Positions 1 through 9,825 of a DNA stretch of 32,000 nt are shown in pieces. Source of the DNA: Oceanibacterium hippocampi (GTDB lineage: Bacteria; Pseudomonadota; Alphaproteobacteria; Sneathiellales; Sneathiellaceae); contig NZ_FWFR01000001.1 in NCBI RefSeq assembly GCF_900172325.1, forward strand, positions 1,410,335 to 1,442,334, in the 5' to 3' direction. The translations under genes and the position numbers were made by a program. The notes under the pieces are model-generated. The model did not search any database. It saw only the letters and a list, made by a program, of their open reading frames with translations, and was not told the origin of the DNA. Position 1 is the stretch's first letter. Each line of letters opens with the position of its first letter.

Positions 1-29
1 ACCGCTATCCAGTCGAATGAAGGCCGGAC

Positions 30-1235
30 TCAAAGGCCCAGTATCAGCTTGGCCATGATGTTGCGTTGTATCTCGTTCGAGCCCGCGTAGATCGAGACCT
101 TGCGGAGATTGAAGAAGGACGGCGCCGCCTTGGCCGCGTAGTCGGGTCCGATCGGCGGTTCGTTGCTGGCCGGATCGCCCGGGTCGAAGGCGTTGGCATG
201 CAGGCCGCTCGCCTCCAGCGCCAGGCTCGAGACATCCTGCTGCAACTCGCTGCCGCGGCATTTCATCAGCGACGATTCCGGTCCCATGCGCTGGCCCGAC
301 GATAGGCGGCTGAGAATCCGGAGCTCGGTCATCTCGAGCGCCTGGACGGCGATCTCGGTTTCCGCGAGCTTCATGCGGAAGCTCATGTCGTCGATCACCC
401 GCCGGCCATCGCCTTCCTCTGCCGCGGCGATCTTGCGGACCGAGTTGAGGGCCCGCTTGAGGCGTCCGGAATAGGCGTTGCCGCGCTCGAACTCGAGCAG
501 GTACTTGGCGTAGGTCCAACCCTTGTTGACCTCGCCGATCAGGTTCTCCTTCGGCACCTTCACGTCGTCGAAGAAGACCTGGTTGACCTCCTGCATGCCG
601 GCGCGCGGCATGTCGATCGTGTAGATCGGGTCGACCTTGATGCCCGGGCTCTTCATGTCGATCAGGATGAAGGAGATGCCTTCCTGCGGCTTCGCGGTCT
701 TCTCGGTCCGCACCAGGCAGAAGATCCAGTCGGCCACCTGGGCGTAGGAGGTCCAGATCTTCGAGCCGTTGCAGAGGTAATGGTCGCCCTTGTCCTCGGC
801 CTTCATCTGCAGCGAGGCGAGGTCGGAGCCCGAGCCCGGCTCGGAATAGCCCTGGCACCACCAGACGTTGGTGGCGAGGATATCGGGGAGGAAGCGCTTC
901 TTCTGCGCCTCGCTGCCGAAGGCCATGATCACCGGCGCGACCATCTTCAGGCCGAACGGGATGACGTTCGGCGTATTGGCCGCGGCCATCTCGGTTTCGA
1001 AGATGTATTTCTGCGACGCGCTCCAGCCGCAGCCGCCGTGCTCGACCGGCCAGTTCGGCGCCGCCCAGCCGCGTTCGTGGAGTTTCTTCTGCCAGCGAAC
1101 GTGGTCGTCCTTGCTCAGATAGCCGTTGCGGCTGGCCGCGACCTTGGCGCGCAGATCGTCGTCGAACGCTTCGTCGATGAAGGCGCGGACTTCGTCCCGG
1201 AAGGCAATGTCCTCTGGCGTGAAACTGAGGTCCAT
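30..1235 (-). CDS. Acyl-CoA dehydrogenase family protein
   Basis: ORF track protein; from internal start MDLSFTPEDIAFRDEVRAF. Motifs WCQGYSEPGSGSDLASLQ, GSKIWTSYAQVADWIFCLVRT and C-terminal YAGSNEIQRNIMAKLILG are typical of ACADs. The ORF extends to 1535, but homology begins at the ATG at 1235. Confidence 0.95.
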   Translation of the reverse strand: MDLSFTPEDIAFRDEVRAFIDEAFDDDLRAKVAASRNGYLSKDDHVRWQKKLHERGWAAPNWPVEHGGCGWSASQKYIFETEMAAANTPNVIPFGLKMVAPVIMAFGSEAQKKRFLPDILATNVWWCQGYSEPGSGSDLASLQMKAEDKGDHYLCNGSKIWTSYAQVADWIFCLVRTEKTAKPQEGISFILIDMKSPGIKVDPIYTIDMPRAGMQEVNQVFFDDVKVPKENLIGEVNKGWTYAKYLLEFERGNAYSGRLKRALNSVRKIAAAEEGDGRRVIDDMSFRMKLAETEIAVQALEMTELRILSRLSSGQRMGPESSLMKCRGSELQQDVSSLALEASGLHANAFDPGDPASNEPPIGPDYAAKAAPSFFNLRKVSIYAGSNEIQRNIMAKLILGL

Positions 1236-1356
1236 CGTAGGTTCGTCTCCAACTCGTCCGGCGCGGGCATGTCGATGCCGCGCCGATAGTATAGCGGTGC
1301 GGTCAGCAATCGGCCAAGCGGTTGCGGACACAGACTGTCGCACAGGGGGGGCGCAG

Positions 1357-1767
1357 GTGGCAAAAGGATACAAGGAACTGGTCGCGGACGCCGAGGCCGT
1401 CATCGAGACCTGGACGGTCGAGCGCGCGCTCGCCGAATACGGCAAGCCGGGCGTGACCTTCGTCGATCTGCGGGATGTCCGGGAGCTGCAGCGCGAGGGG
1501 CGGATCCCCGGCGCCCTGCATGCGCCGCGCGGCATGCTGGAATTCTGGATCGACCGCGACAGTCCCTATCATCGCGAACAGTTCGCCAGCGGCGACCGCT
1601 TCGTGTTCTTCTGCGCCGCCGGATGGCGTTCCGCGCTGGCCACCCGGACCGCCCTGGAAATGGGGCTCGAACCGGTCTGCCACATCGCCGGCGGATTCGG
1701 CGCTTGGCGTGAGGCCGGCGGCGCGGTCGCGCCGCTGCCGGAACGCTCGCCGCCGAAACAGGGGTAG
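1357..1767 (+). CDS. Rhodanese-like domain protein
   Basis: In-frame GTG at 1357; VTFVDLRDVRELQREGRIPGALHAPRGML followed by active-site loop CAAGWRS (CxxxxR) and HIAGGFGAWREAGG. Confidence 0.9.
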   Translation: MAKGYKELVADAEAVIETWTVERALAEYGKPGVTFVDLRDVRELQREGRIPGALHAPRGMLEFWIDRDSPYHREQFASGDRFVFFCAAGWRSALATRTALEMGLEPVCHIAGGFGAWREAGGAVAPLPERSPPKQG

Positions 1768-1942
1768 CGACACGCAATTCGCGGGGGCGGAGAGCCGGCG
1801 AGGCGACGGCTTCGCCCGGGCGCGCCATCCGATTGCAATTCCGTTCCCTGCGGCATCGTTGCACGCTATGATATGCATTAAGTTGTAACTGTGCTGGGGG
1901 CGCATATTCGGGGGTCGTGTCTGCCCTTGAGCGGAGGAAAGG

Positions 1943-3169
1943 GTGAGAGACGTTCGACGGGGAGGCGGCGCGGATCGGAAGATCCGCGTGCTCCATATTC
2001 TCGACAAGCTCGGAGTAGACGGCTCTTCCGTGCATGGCGTGTCGCGGGCGGTCGCATGGTGGATCGGCCGCATGGACGCAGACTTCGAAACCCATGTGGT
2101 GAGCCTGCGGGCGGTCGACGCGGCCGCCAAGTTCTTCGACGCCGAGGGAATCGAGGTCGAGTTCGTTTCCGTCGGCCGCTTCGATCCGCTGACTGTCTTC
2201 GCGCTGCTCAAGTTGATCCGCCGCTGGCGGCCGGACGTTCTGCACCTGCACGGTTACGGCGCGACGACCTTCGGGCGACTGGCCGGCTTCCTCGCCGGGG
2301 TGCCGCGGATCGTGCATGAGCATTTCGCGCCGGACCGGCAGGCATTCTTCATCACCGTCGCCGACTGGCTGCTGGCGCCGCTGACCAGTTATGCCATCGC
2401 GGTCTCGGACAATGTCCGGGACTACATGGTCCGATGCCGGAAGATCCCGCCGTCACGGCTGGAGACATTCTTCGTCGGCTTGCCGCTCGACCGCTTCCGG
2501 GCGCCCGACGCCGAGGCCCTGGACAGGCTTCGGGGCGAACTCGGGCTTGCCCCCGGCGACCGGATCCTGGCCAATATCGGACGGCTGACCGATGCGAAGC
2601 GCCAGCATCTCGTGATCGAGGCGCTGCCGGCGATCCTTGAGGGTCACCCGGACGTCCATCTGCTGATCGTCGGCGACGGGCCGGCGATGCCTGACCTGGC
2701 GGCGCTAGCCGAAAGACTCGGAGTCGCAGGCCATGTTCACCTGCTCGGCTACCGGAGCGACATTCCGGCACTGACCACGCTCGCCGACATCGTCGTCATG
2801 CCGTCCTATTCGGAAGGCAAGTCGATCGCCCTGCTGGAGGCGATGAGTGTCGGCAAACCGATCGTCGGCACGCCGCCGGTGATGAGCGACGATCTTCTCC
2901 AGGCGGGCGATTTCGGCCGGGTGATCCCGATCGACGACGTACCGGCGATCGTTCGCGAGGTTTCGCTGCTGCTCGACGATCCCGAACTTGCCCGCCGTTA
3001 TGGCGAGACCGCCCGCGAGATCGCCGGCGACTACGATCTCGACCGCAGCGTCGCCCGCCTGCAATCGATCTATCGGGCGCTCGTCGCCGGGGAACTGCCG
3101 CGGCCGGCCAGCCGGCCGCAACGGCGCAGAGCCCCCCAGCCTCTGCCGGACAGCAGCCCGGGCGGCTGA
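1943..3169 (+). CDS. Glycosyltransferase, GT4 family
   Basis: RVLHILDKLGVDGSSVHGVSRAVAWW N-terminus; GRLTDAKRQHLVIEALP; MPSYSEGKSIALLEAMSVGKPIVGTP donor-site region typical of GT4. Confidence 0.9.
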   Translation: MRDVRRGGGADRKIRVLHILDKLGVDGSSVHGVSRAVAWWIGRMDADFETHVVSLRAVDAAAKFFDAEGIEVEFVSVGRFDPLTVFALLKLIRRWRPDVLHLHGYGATTFGRLAGFLAGVPRIVHEHFAPDRQAFFITVADWLLAPLTSYAIAVSDNVRDYMVRCRKIPPSRLETFFVGLPLDRFRAPDAEALDRLRGELGLAPGDRILANIGRLTDAKRQHLVIEALPAILEGHPDVHLLIVGDGPAMPDLAALAERLGVAGHVHLLGYRSDIPALTTLADIVVMPSYSEGKSIALLEAMSVGKPIVGTPPVMSDDLLQAGDFGRVIPIDDVPAIVREVSLLLDDPELARRYGETAREIAGDYDLDRSVARLQSIYRALVAGELPRPASRPQRRRAPQPLPDSSPGG

Positions 3170-3182
3170 AGCCGGCGCCGGG

Positions 3183-4622
3183 TCAGGCGATCGACTTCCG
3201 CCGGATCCAGAGCGAGGCGGCGCGCAGTTCGTCGACCCGGACGGCGCCTGTTGCCAGGCAGATCAGCAGGTAGGTGGCGGTGCCGCCGGCGGTCGCCGGA
3301 ATCAGGCCGATTTCCGGTCGCAGCAGGTACCAGACGCCGATCGCGGCGCCGCTGGCGACCAGTACCCGGGCCGCCGAGACGACGATCCCGGACCGGAAGT
3401 CGTCCCTGTGGATGCGCCAGTAGAGCATGAACATCAGCGCGCCCTCGGAAATGAAGGTCGCGATGATGGCGCCGTAATAGCCGTAGCGCGGGATCAGGTT
3501 CAGGTTCAGCGCGATATTCAGCAGGATCGTCCAGAACAGGCCGTAGGTGCGGGTCCGCTGGCGGTTCACGGCGCCCAGGAAATGCTCGGCCATGACATTC
3601 AGGCTGGTGAGCACCAGGTAGATCGCGAACAGCCGCATGACCAGGATGCTGTCGGTGAACTCGCCGCCATAGAGGATCTGGATCACCGGTTTCGCCAGCA
3701 TGATCAGGCCGATCCCGGCGAGCCCGCAGAACACCGAAACGTAATTGACCAGCCGGCTGAAGACGAGGCTCAGGCTCTCCCGCGATTCCACGAAGAGCTG
3801 CGAGAAGACCGGGTAGGCGGCGCTGAACGAAACGGCGATGATCAGGGCGACGCCGTAGATCGGCCGGTAGGCGGCGGCATAGGTGCCGACCTCGGCCTCC
3901 GGTCGGAACAGGCCGAGCATCAGCATGTCGATCTTGACGTAGCCCGCATGCAGGATCATCGCCAGCCCGAAGGGCCAGAGTTCCGGCCAGGTCTTGCGGA
4001 TGAAGGCCGGCTCGAAGCGCCAGGGAATGGGCCCCAGCGCGCGGTCGAGGTAGAGCCAGAGGATGATCAGGTAGATGGCGGTCGCGATCGGGAAGCTGAC
4101 CACCACGACATCGAGCGGCAGGCCGGCGAAGGCGATGACGATGGTGCCGGCCAGGATCGCGAAGCGAAGCCCGACCTCGAGGATGCCGACCTCGCGCATC
4201 ATGTTGCGGGCGCGCAGCCGGCCGACCATGATCAGCGAGAAGAAATAGAGGATCTGGTAGGCACCGATCGACAGGCAGATCCACGCCTGTTCGTCGGAGA
4301 AGTCGAGCGCCCAGATGAGCAGCGCGGTGACTGCGAGAAGGACCGGCGTCAGCGCCAGGCCGGCGATGATGTAAGTCGAGAAAAAGCGTGCCTCAAGCGA
4401 CGGATCGCGCGCCACTTCACGCACCGCCACCGATTCAAGCCCGAAGTTCGCGAACATCGCGACGAAGCTCGTGAAGGCCATCGCGAAGGCGTAATGGCCG
4501 AGCCCCTCCTGACCGAAATGGCGGGCCAGGAAGACGAACATGAGGATGGTCAGGACGTCGGCGACGACCTTAAATGCGCCGAGACTCAGCACATTCCCGA
4601 AGGCGCGCTTGCTCGCGGTCAA
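3183..4622 (-). CDS. Oligosaccharide flippase / polysaccharide biosynthesis membrane protein (Wzx/MATE-like)
   Basis: 479 aa, multiple TM segments, FLARHFGQEGLGHYAFAMAFTSFVAMFANFGLESVAVREVARDP. TTG start with a GGGGAG Shine-Dalgarno upstream. Confidence 0.88.
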   Translation of the reverse strand: MTASKRAFGNVLSLGAFKVVADVLTILMFVFLARHFGQEGLGHYAFAMAFTSFVAMFANFGLESVAVREVARDPSLEARFFSTYIIAGLALTPVLLAVTALLIWALDFSDEQAWICLSIGAYQILYFFSLIMVGRLRARNMMREVGILEVGLRFAILAGTIVIAFAGLPLDVVVVSFPIATAIYLIILWLYLDRALGPIPWRFEPAFIRKTWPELWPFGLAMILHAGYVKIDMLMLGLFRPEAEVGTYAAAYRPIYGVALIIAVSFSAAYPVFSQLFVESRESLSLVFSRLVNYVSVFCGLAGIGLIMLAKPVIQILYGGEFTDSILVMRLFAIYLVLTSLNVMAEHFLGAVNRQRTRTYGLFWTILLNIALNLNLIPRYGYYGAIIATFISEGALMFMLYWRIHRDDFRSGIVVSAARVLVASGAAIGVWYLLRPEIGLIPATAGGTATYLLICLATGAVRVDELRAASLWIRRKSIA

Positions 4623-4785
4623 CCGGCGTCACTCCCCGAATAAATCCAGCCCCTGGGCAGGATGCCAGTCGTACTTAACCCGAAAGTCGAAGGCATGCAA
4701 TGCGGCGAAAGGGCGGCTCCGTGCCGTTGCCGGGAGTATGGCCGCCGGGCCGTTACGGAAATGTTAGTGCGCGGAAGGTGCCGCC

Positions 4786-5787
4786 TCAGCCGGCGCGCCG
4801 GAGGGTTGCCGGGGCGATCCGGTCGCGATCATGCGGGGCGTCGAGATCGAGTTCGGGGCCCTTCGGCACGATCCGGGTCGGGTTGATGCTTTCATGGCTG
4901 CCGTAGTAATGGCGCTTGATCTCGTCGATATGCACGGTCTCGGCGACGCCGGGAACCTGGTAGAGCTCGCGCAGGTAGCCGGACAGATTGGGATAGTCGG
5001 CGATGCGCCGCCGGTTGCACTTGAAATGGCCGAAATAGACCGCGTCGAAGCGGATCAGCGTGGTGAACAGCCGCCAGTCGGCCTCGGTCAGCTGCCCGCC
5101 GACGAGGTAACGGTTGTCGGCCAGCCGCTCGTCCAGCCAGTCGAGGGTGTCGAACAGCCTGTCGAAGGCTTCCTCATAGGCCGCCTGGCTGGTCGCGAAG
5201 CCGGCCTTGTAGACCCCGTTGTTGACGTCGTGATAGACGCGTTCGTTCACCGCGTCGATTTCCGCCCTGAGCGCCGCTGGCCGGTAATCCGTGTCGTTGC
5301 GGGCGAAGCTGCCGAAGCCCGCGTTCAGCATGCGGATGATTTCCGAGGATTCGTTGCTGACGATGGTCTTGCCGACTGTGTCGTAGAGGACCGGCACGGT
5401 GACCTTGCCGCTGTAGCGCGGGTCGGCCTGCAGATAGACCTCGTAGAGATGGCGGAAGCCGTTGATCGGGTCCTTGCGCTCGCCGAATTCCCAGCCGTTC
5501 TCCAGCATCAACGGATCGACGGCCGAGATGCTGATCGTCTGTTCCAGCCCCTTCAGCTTGCGGAAGATCGCCGTCCGGTGCGCCCACGGGCAGGCATGGC
5601 TGATATAGAGGTGATAGCGCGCCGTCGCCGCCTTGAACGAGCGGCCGTCGGGGCTGGCGCTGCCGTCCGGGGTGATCCACGAGCGGAAGCTGGAGTCGGG
5701 GCGCTTGAAGCGTCCGTCCGCGGACGGCTTCGCTACCGGTTCGTTGCTCCAGACGCCGTCGATCAGCCGCCCCATCGTGCGCTCCAT
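4786..5787 (-). CDS. Glutathione S-transferase family protein, glutathionyl-hydroquinone reductase (YqjG/ECM4) type
   Basis: RYHLYISHACPWAHRTAIFRKLKGLEQTISISAVDP, GKVTVPVLYDTVGKTIVSNESSEIIRMLN, LTEADWRLFTTLIRFDAVYFGHFKCN. Start may be 5775 (MGRLIDGVW). Confidence 0.9.
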   Translation of the reverse strand: MERTMGRLIDGVWSNEPVAKPSADGRFKRPDSSFRSWITPDGSASPDGRSFKAATARYHLYISHACPWAHRTAIFRKLKGLEQTISISAVDPLMLENGWEFGERKDPINGFRHLYEVYLQADPRYSGKVTVPVLYDTVGKTIVSNESSEIIRMLNAGFGSFARNDTDYRPAALRAEIDAVNERVYHDVNNGVYKAGFATSQAAYEEAFDRLFDTLDWLDERLADNRYLVGGQLTEADWRLFTTLIRFDAVYFGHFKCNRRRIADYPNLSGYLRELYQVPGVAETVHIDEIKRHYYGSHESINPTRIVPKGPELDLDAPHDRDRIAPATLRRAG

Positions 5788-5943
5788 TCCGTCCGTTGCC
5801 CTCGGCCATGCGCCGCGCGTTATCGTGGCCCTTCCTTTCGAAATGGCGGTAAAGTCCGCGTGATCAAACTATCGATTCGGCACAATACTGTTCGCCGTGT
5901 GTGCACAATCGGACGAAAGACGGGGCGTCAACCGGGGGGCAAG
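5788..5943. promoter_or_regulatory. Divergent intergenic region between the GST and LysR-family regulator genes
   Basis: 156 bp between two divergent starts, AT-richer than the flanks (gatcaaactatcgattcggcacaatactg). LysR regulators commonly bind such regions; the exact site is not resolved. Confidence 0.5.
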
Positions 5944-6861
5944 ATGGATAAACTGGCGAATATGGCGGTATTCGCCGCGGTCGTGGAGGAGAAGGGGTTC
6001 TCGGCCGCGGCGCGCCGGCTCGGCATGTCGAAATCGGCGGTGAGCAAGCAGGTTTCCCGGCTCGAGGATTCGCTCGGCGCGCGGCTGCTCAACCGCACCA
6101 CGCGCTCGCTCTCGCTGACCGAGATCGGCGAGGTGTTCTATGGCCATTGCGCGCGGATGCTGGAAGCGGCATCCGATGCCGAGGCTGCGGTCTCCGCCCT
6201 GCATGGCGAGCCGCGCGGTCATCTGCGGGTCGCCCTTCCGATGACCTTCGGGATCCGCGAGGTAGCCCCGGCGGTCGCGGAATTCCTGAAGCGGCATCCC
6301 GCCGTGACCATCGAGATGGAGCTCAACGACCGCTTCGTCGACGTCGTGGCCGATGGCTTCGATCTCGCGGTCCGGGTCGCCGCCCTGCCGGATTCCAGCC
6401 TGATCGCGCGGCGGCTGGCGCCGATGCGGTCGGTGATCTGCGCCAGTCCCGGCTACCTGGCCGAGCATGGCACGCCGGCCACCATCGACGACCTGGCGGG
6501 CCTCAACTGCCTGCATTACAGCAATGCCCCGGCACGCCAGTGGGCCGTTGTCGAGAACGGCAGGGAACGCAAGGTCGAGATCCGCGGCAACCTGATCGCC
6601 AACAACGGCGAGGCGCTGATGGAGGCGGCGACGGCCGGCCTCGGGATCACCATCGCGCCGACCTTCATCGTCGCCGAGGCGCTCCGGCGCGGCGACCTGG
6701 TCACCATCCTCGACCAGTGTCACCGCAGCGACGAGGCCTCCGTCTTCGCGCTCTATCCCCATCGTCGCCACCTGTCGCCGAAAGTCCGGGCCTTCATCGA
6801 CTTTCTCGCCGACCGTTTCGCGCCCACCCCGCCCTGGGAGGTCGGGCTGACGCTCCCCTGA
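5944..6861 (+). CDS. LysR-family transcriptional regulator
   Basis: In-frame ATG at 5944; MDKLANMAVFAAVVEEKGFSAAARRLGMSKSAVSKQVSRLEDSLGARLLNRTTRSLSLTEIG wHTH followed by a substrate-binding domain. Confidence 0.95.
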   Translation: MDKLANMAVFAAVVEEKGFSAAARRLGMSKSAVSKQVSRLEDSLGARLLNRTTRSLSLTEIGEVFYGHCARMLEAASDAEAAVSALHGEPRGHLRVALPMTFGIREVAPAVAEFLKRHPAVTIEMELNDRFVDVVADGFDLAVRVAALPDSSLIARRLAPMRSVICASPGYLAEHGTPATIDDLAGLNCLHYSNAPARQWAVVENGRERKVEIRGNLIANNGEALMEAATAGLGITIAPTFIVAEALRRGDLVTILDQCHRSDEASVFALYPHRRHLSPKVRAFIDFLADRFAPTPPWEVGLTLP

Positions 6862-6913
6862 GCGGACCGCCGCCGCCATCGCTTCGCCGCAATTTTCCCA
6901 TAACGACAGCGCC

Positions 6914-7675
6914 ATGCGGATTGGGAACAAGGTCTGGCACGTTCTCGCGGCGGCGCTCGGGTTGCTTGGCCCCGCCGTGTCCGGTGCCGCCGCGCGCGCG
7001 GAACCGGTCGACGTGGAACTGGTGCTGGCGGTCGACGTGTCCTCCAGCGTCGACTGGACCGAGTTCGGCCTGCAGATGCGCGGCATCGCCGCCGCCTTCC
7101 GCGAACCCGACCTGCATGCCACCCTGCGCGAGGGCCGCCATGGCGCGATCGCCGTGGTGCTCGTGCAATGGGCCGGGCCGGCGATGCAGCAGGTCGTCGT
7201 CGACTGGCAGCGGATCGGGGACGCCGCCGCCGCCGAACGCTTCGCCAACGCGATCGACGCGACGTCGCGCAGCTTCCCGACCGGCGGCACCGCGATCGCC
7301 GAGGCGCTCGATTTCGTCGCCCCCCTGTTCGACGGCAACGGCTTCGAGGGCGACCGCCGCGTCGTCGATATCTCCGGCGACGGCCGGGCGACCGCCGGGA
7401 CCGCGCCCGGCGCCGCGCGCGACCGGATCGTTGCTCGGGGCGTGACGGTCAACGGGCTGGCGATCCTGAACGACGAGCCCGACCTCGTCGATTACTACGA
7501 AGGCGAACTGATCGGCGGCCAGGCCGCCTTCGTCCAGCCGGCTTCCGACTACGCCGACTTCGCCGATGCATTGCGCGCGAAACTGCTGCGCGAGGTGCGG
7601 GGCGGCTGGTACGGCGCCGGGCGGCTCGACGCCGGCGATATCCACGTCGCCGGCCGCGCGACGGCGGTTCGATGA
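6914..7675 (+). CDS. DUF1194 domain-containing secreted protein (von Willebrand factor A-like)
   Basis: Signal peptide followed by VDVELVLAVDVSSSVDWTEFGLQMRG (MIDAS DxSxS) and RRVVDISGDGRATAG. Confidence 0.9.
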   Translation: MRIGNKVWHVLAAALGLLGPAVSGAAARAEPVDVELVLAVDVSSSVDWTEFGLQMRGIAAAFREPDLHATLREGRHGAIAVVLVQWAGPAMQQVVVDWQRIGDAAAAERFANAIDATSRSFPTGGTAIAEALDFVAPLFDGNGFEGDRRVVDISGDGRATAGTAPGAARDRIVARGVTVNGLAILNDEPDLVDYYEGELIGGQAAFVQPASDYADFADALRAKLLREVRGGWYGAGRLDAGDIHVAGRATAVR

Positions 7676-7690
7676 GCGCCTGAGGCGGCC

Positions 7691-8935
7691 TCAGCCGGTC
7701 CCGTTGCCGCCTGTCATTTCCGTGAGATGGGCAAGCAGGGCCGCCCGGTCCGGCCGGCAATCGTCTTCCAGCCAGAGGCTTTCGAGGCGCGCCAGCACCC
7801 GTCCGACGGCCGGGCCGGGCGACATCCCGGCGGCCAGGAGATCGGCCCCCTGCAGCGGGAAGGCCGGGACCGGCAACGACGCGATCCGTTCCGGCAGCCC
7901 GGCGAAGCCGGCTTCCCGCGGGCTCGCGGCCCAGGCGAGCAGGGCGCGGTCCCGCATCGTCTCCGGGTCGGTCCGATAGAGACCGCGCAGGATCGCGCCG
8001 TCGTCCATATCCGCCGCGAGCCGCGGTTCGCCGGCAAGCAGCCGGCAGAGCCGCGCGGCCCCGGCATTCGACAGCCGAAGCCGTTTCGCCGCGCTCCGCG
8101 CCCGTTCCATGTTGCGTTCGACGTTGTTGTCGGCGAGCAGGGCGGCAAGCCGGACCAGGCTGTCGCTCTCCTCGGGCAGGGCAAGCAGCGCCTCGATCCG
8201 GCCGAGCCCGCCGGCTTCGGGAAGGACCGCGGCGAGCACGCCGCAATCGCGCATCGGGCCGAGCCCGGCCAGCGGATCGGGCAGGGCCAGCAGGCGGAAC
8301 AGTTCGCCCCGCACCCGCTCGGCGGACAGCCGCTCAAGCGCGCCGGCGGCCTCGGCGCAGGCGGCGATCGCCGCCTCGTCGGGCGCCCCCCTGGCGAAGC
8401 GCGCATGGAAACGGAAGAAGCGCAGCACCCGCAGGTAATCCTCGGCGATCCGCGTCGCCGCCTCGCCGATGAAGCGGACCCGGCCGGCCTTCAGGTCGTC
8501 GAGCCCGCCGGTCAGGTCGTGAATCGTTCCGTCCGGCTCGGCGAACAGCGCGTTGATCGTGAAATCGCGGCGTTCCGCGTCCGCCTGCCAGTCGTCGACG
8601 AAGGCGACCCGGGCATGGCGACCGAAATGCTCCACATCGCGCCTGAGGGTGGTGATCTCGAAGCGCCGCTCGCCGATCACCCCGGTGATCGTGCCGTGCT
8701 CGATGCCGATCGGGAGGGCGCGGATGGCGGCCGCGGCAAGCCGCGCCATCACCGTCTCCGGCGGCTCGGGCGTGGCGATGTCGACATCCTCGGGCGTGAC
8801 TCCGATCAGCGCGTCGCGCACGCAGCCGCCGACGAAGCGGACCGGGGCACCGCCGGCGCCGAGCGCCGACAGGACCGCCGCCGTTTCCGGCCAGCCCATC
8901 CAGTCCGGGGGATCGATCCGCGTCGTCGCGGTCAT
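7691..8935 (-). CDS. cca: CCA tRNA nucleotidyltransferase
   Basis: ATG at 8935; APVRFVGGCVRDALIGVTPEDVDIATPEPPETV and RRDFTINALFAEPDGTIHDLTGGLDDLKAGRVRFIG are the classic class II CCA-adding enzyme motifs. Confidence 0.93.
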   Translation of the reverse strand: MTATTRIDPPDWMGWPETAAVLSALGAGGAPVRFVGGCVRDALIGVTPEDVDIATPEPPETVMARLAAAAIRALPIGIEHGTITGVIGERRFEITTLRRDVEHFGRHARVAFVDDWQADAERRDFTINALFAEPDGTIHDLTGGLDDLKAGRVRFIGEAATRIAEDYLRVLRFFRFHARFARGAPDEAAIAACAEAAGALERLSAERVRGELFRLLALPDPLAGLGPMRDCGVLAAVLPEAGGLGRIEALLALPEESDSLVRLAALLADNNVERNMERARSAAKRLRLSNAGAARLCRLLAGEPRLAADMDDGAILRGLYRTDPETMRDRALLAWAASPREAGFAGLPERIASLPVPAFPLQGADLLAAGMSPGPAVGRVLARLESLWLEDDCRPDRAALLAHLTEMTGGNGTG

Positions 8936-9198
8936 TGCGGCTTTGGCGGGATGACATGGCCCGGCACGATACGGCCGTCCTCGACGCGCGGCGGGACATA
9001 CTCGCCCTCGATCGAATCCTCGCCGACGAGTCGCAAGGCGATCAGGCTCAGGATCGACAGGACGAGGCCGATCGCGGTCAGCCAGAACCAGGCCGTTCGC
9101 GTCCATTCGCCGCCCCGGCGCGAGAACTTCAGATAAAGCAGGTACGCCGCGAAGGGCAGCAGGAAAGGCAGACCGTGAATCAGGATTTTCTGAAGCAT
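8932..9198 (-). CDS. DUF6111-like small membrane protein
   Basis: 88 aa, two TM segments (LPFLLPFAAYLLYL; AWFWLTAIGLVLSILSLIAL); overlaps cca start by 4 bp (ATGA-type), implying translational coupling. Confidence 0.8.
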   Translation of the reverse strand: MLQKILIHGLPFLLPFAAYLLYLKFSRRGGEWTRTAWFWLTAIGLVLSILSLIALRLVGEDSIEGEYVPPRVEDGRIVPGHVIPPKPQ

Positions 9199-9818
9199 CA
9201 GTCGTCGAGCCGGCGATAGAGGTCCATCAGCATCCCCGCGGTTGCTCCCCAGATGTAATATTCATTGTACGGCATGGCGTGCCAGTAACGCCGGAGTCCG
9301 TTGTAGAAGCCGCTGTGGCGGCGGTGGTTGGCCGGGTCCATCAGGAAGGCGAGCGGGACCTCGAAGATCTCCGCCACCTCGTTCGGGTCGGCGGTCAGCG
9401 CGAACGGCGGCGTGACCCGGCCGACGACCGGCGTGACCGAGAAGCCGGTCACCGTGAGATAGGTCTGCAGCACACCGATCACGTCGATTCGCCCGCGATC
9501 GAGTCCGACCTCCTCCTCGGTCTCGCGCAGCGCCGTTTCGACCGGGTTGGCGTCGGACGCTTCCATCCGGCCGCCGGGAAAGCTGATCTGGCCGGCATGC
9601 TTGGTGAGATGCGGCGTGCGCCGGGTCAGCAGCACGCTCTGTCCCTCCGGGCGGTCGACGATCGGCACAAGCACCGCCGCCGGGCGCATTTTCTTGCCGC
9701 TCGGCGGCGCGCTCGCCGGGTTGAGTTCGTGGTCGCCGCGAACGCGATCGGCGGCGATCACCTCGTCTAGCGGGTCGCCGGGCAGCGGCGCGAGCCGCAC
9801 TCTCAGGGTTTCGATCAT
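9198..9818 (-). CDS. CoA pyrophosphatase (Nudix hydrolase)
   Basis: ATG at 9818; HLTKHAGQISFPGGRMEASDANPVETALRETEEEVGLD Nudix region in the CoA pyrophosphatase context. Confidence 0.9.
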   Translation of the reverse strand: MIETLRVRLAPLPGDPLDEVIAADRVRGDHELNPASAPPSGKKMRPAAVLVPIVDRPEGQSVLLTRRTPHLTKHAGQISFPGGRMEASDANPVETALRETEEEVGLDRGRIDVIGVLQTYLTVTGFSVTPVVGRVTPPFALTADPNEVAEIFEVPLAFLMDPANHRRHSGFYNGLRRYWHAMPYNEYYIWGATAGMLMDLYRRLDD

Positions 9819-9825
9819 CCTGCTC

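Noticed and set aside
2988-4643. 551-aa plus-strand ORF antisense to the flippase gene
   Set aside because: Charged, low-complexity shadow translation; the minus-strand product has clear TM segments and family motifs.
4831-6861. 676-aa plus-strand ORF that would fuse a large N-terminal region to the LysR regulator
   Set aside because: The first ~370 residues are antisense to the GST gene and intergenic DNA; LysR homology begins exactly at the ATG at 5944.
5869-7452. 527-aa minus-strand ORF across LysR and DUF1194
   Set aside because: Antisense to two well-supported genes; no conserved domain recognised.
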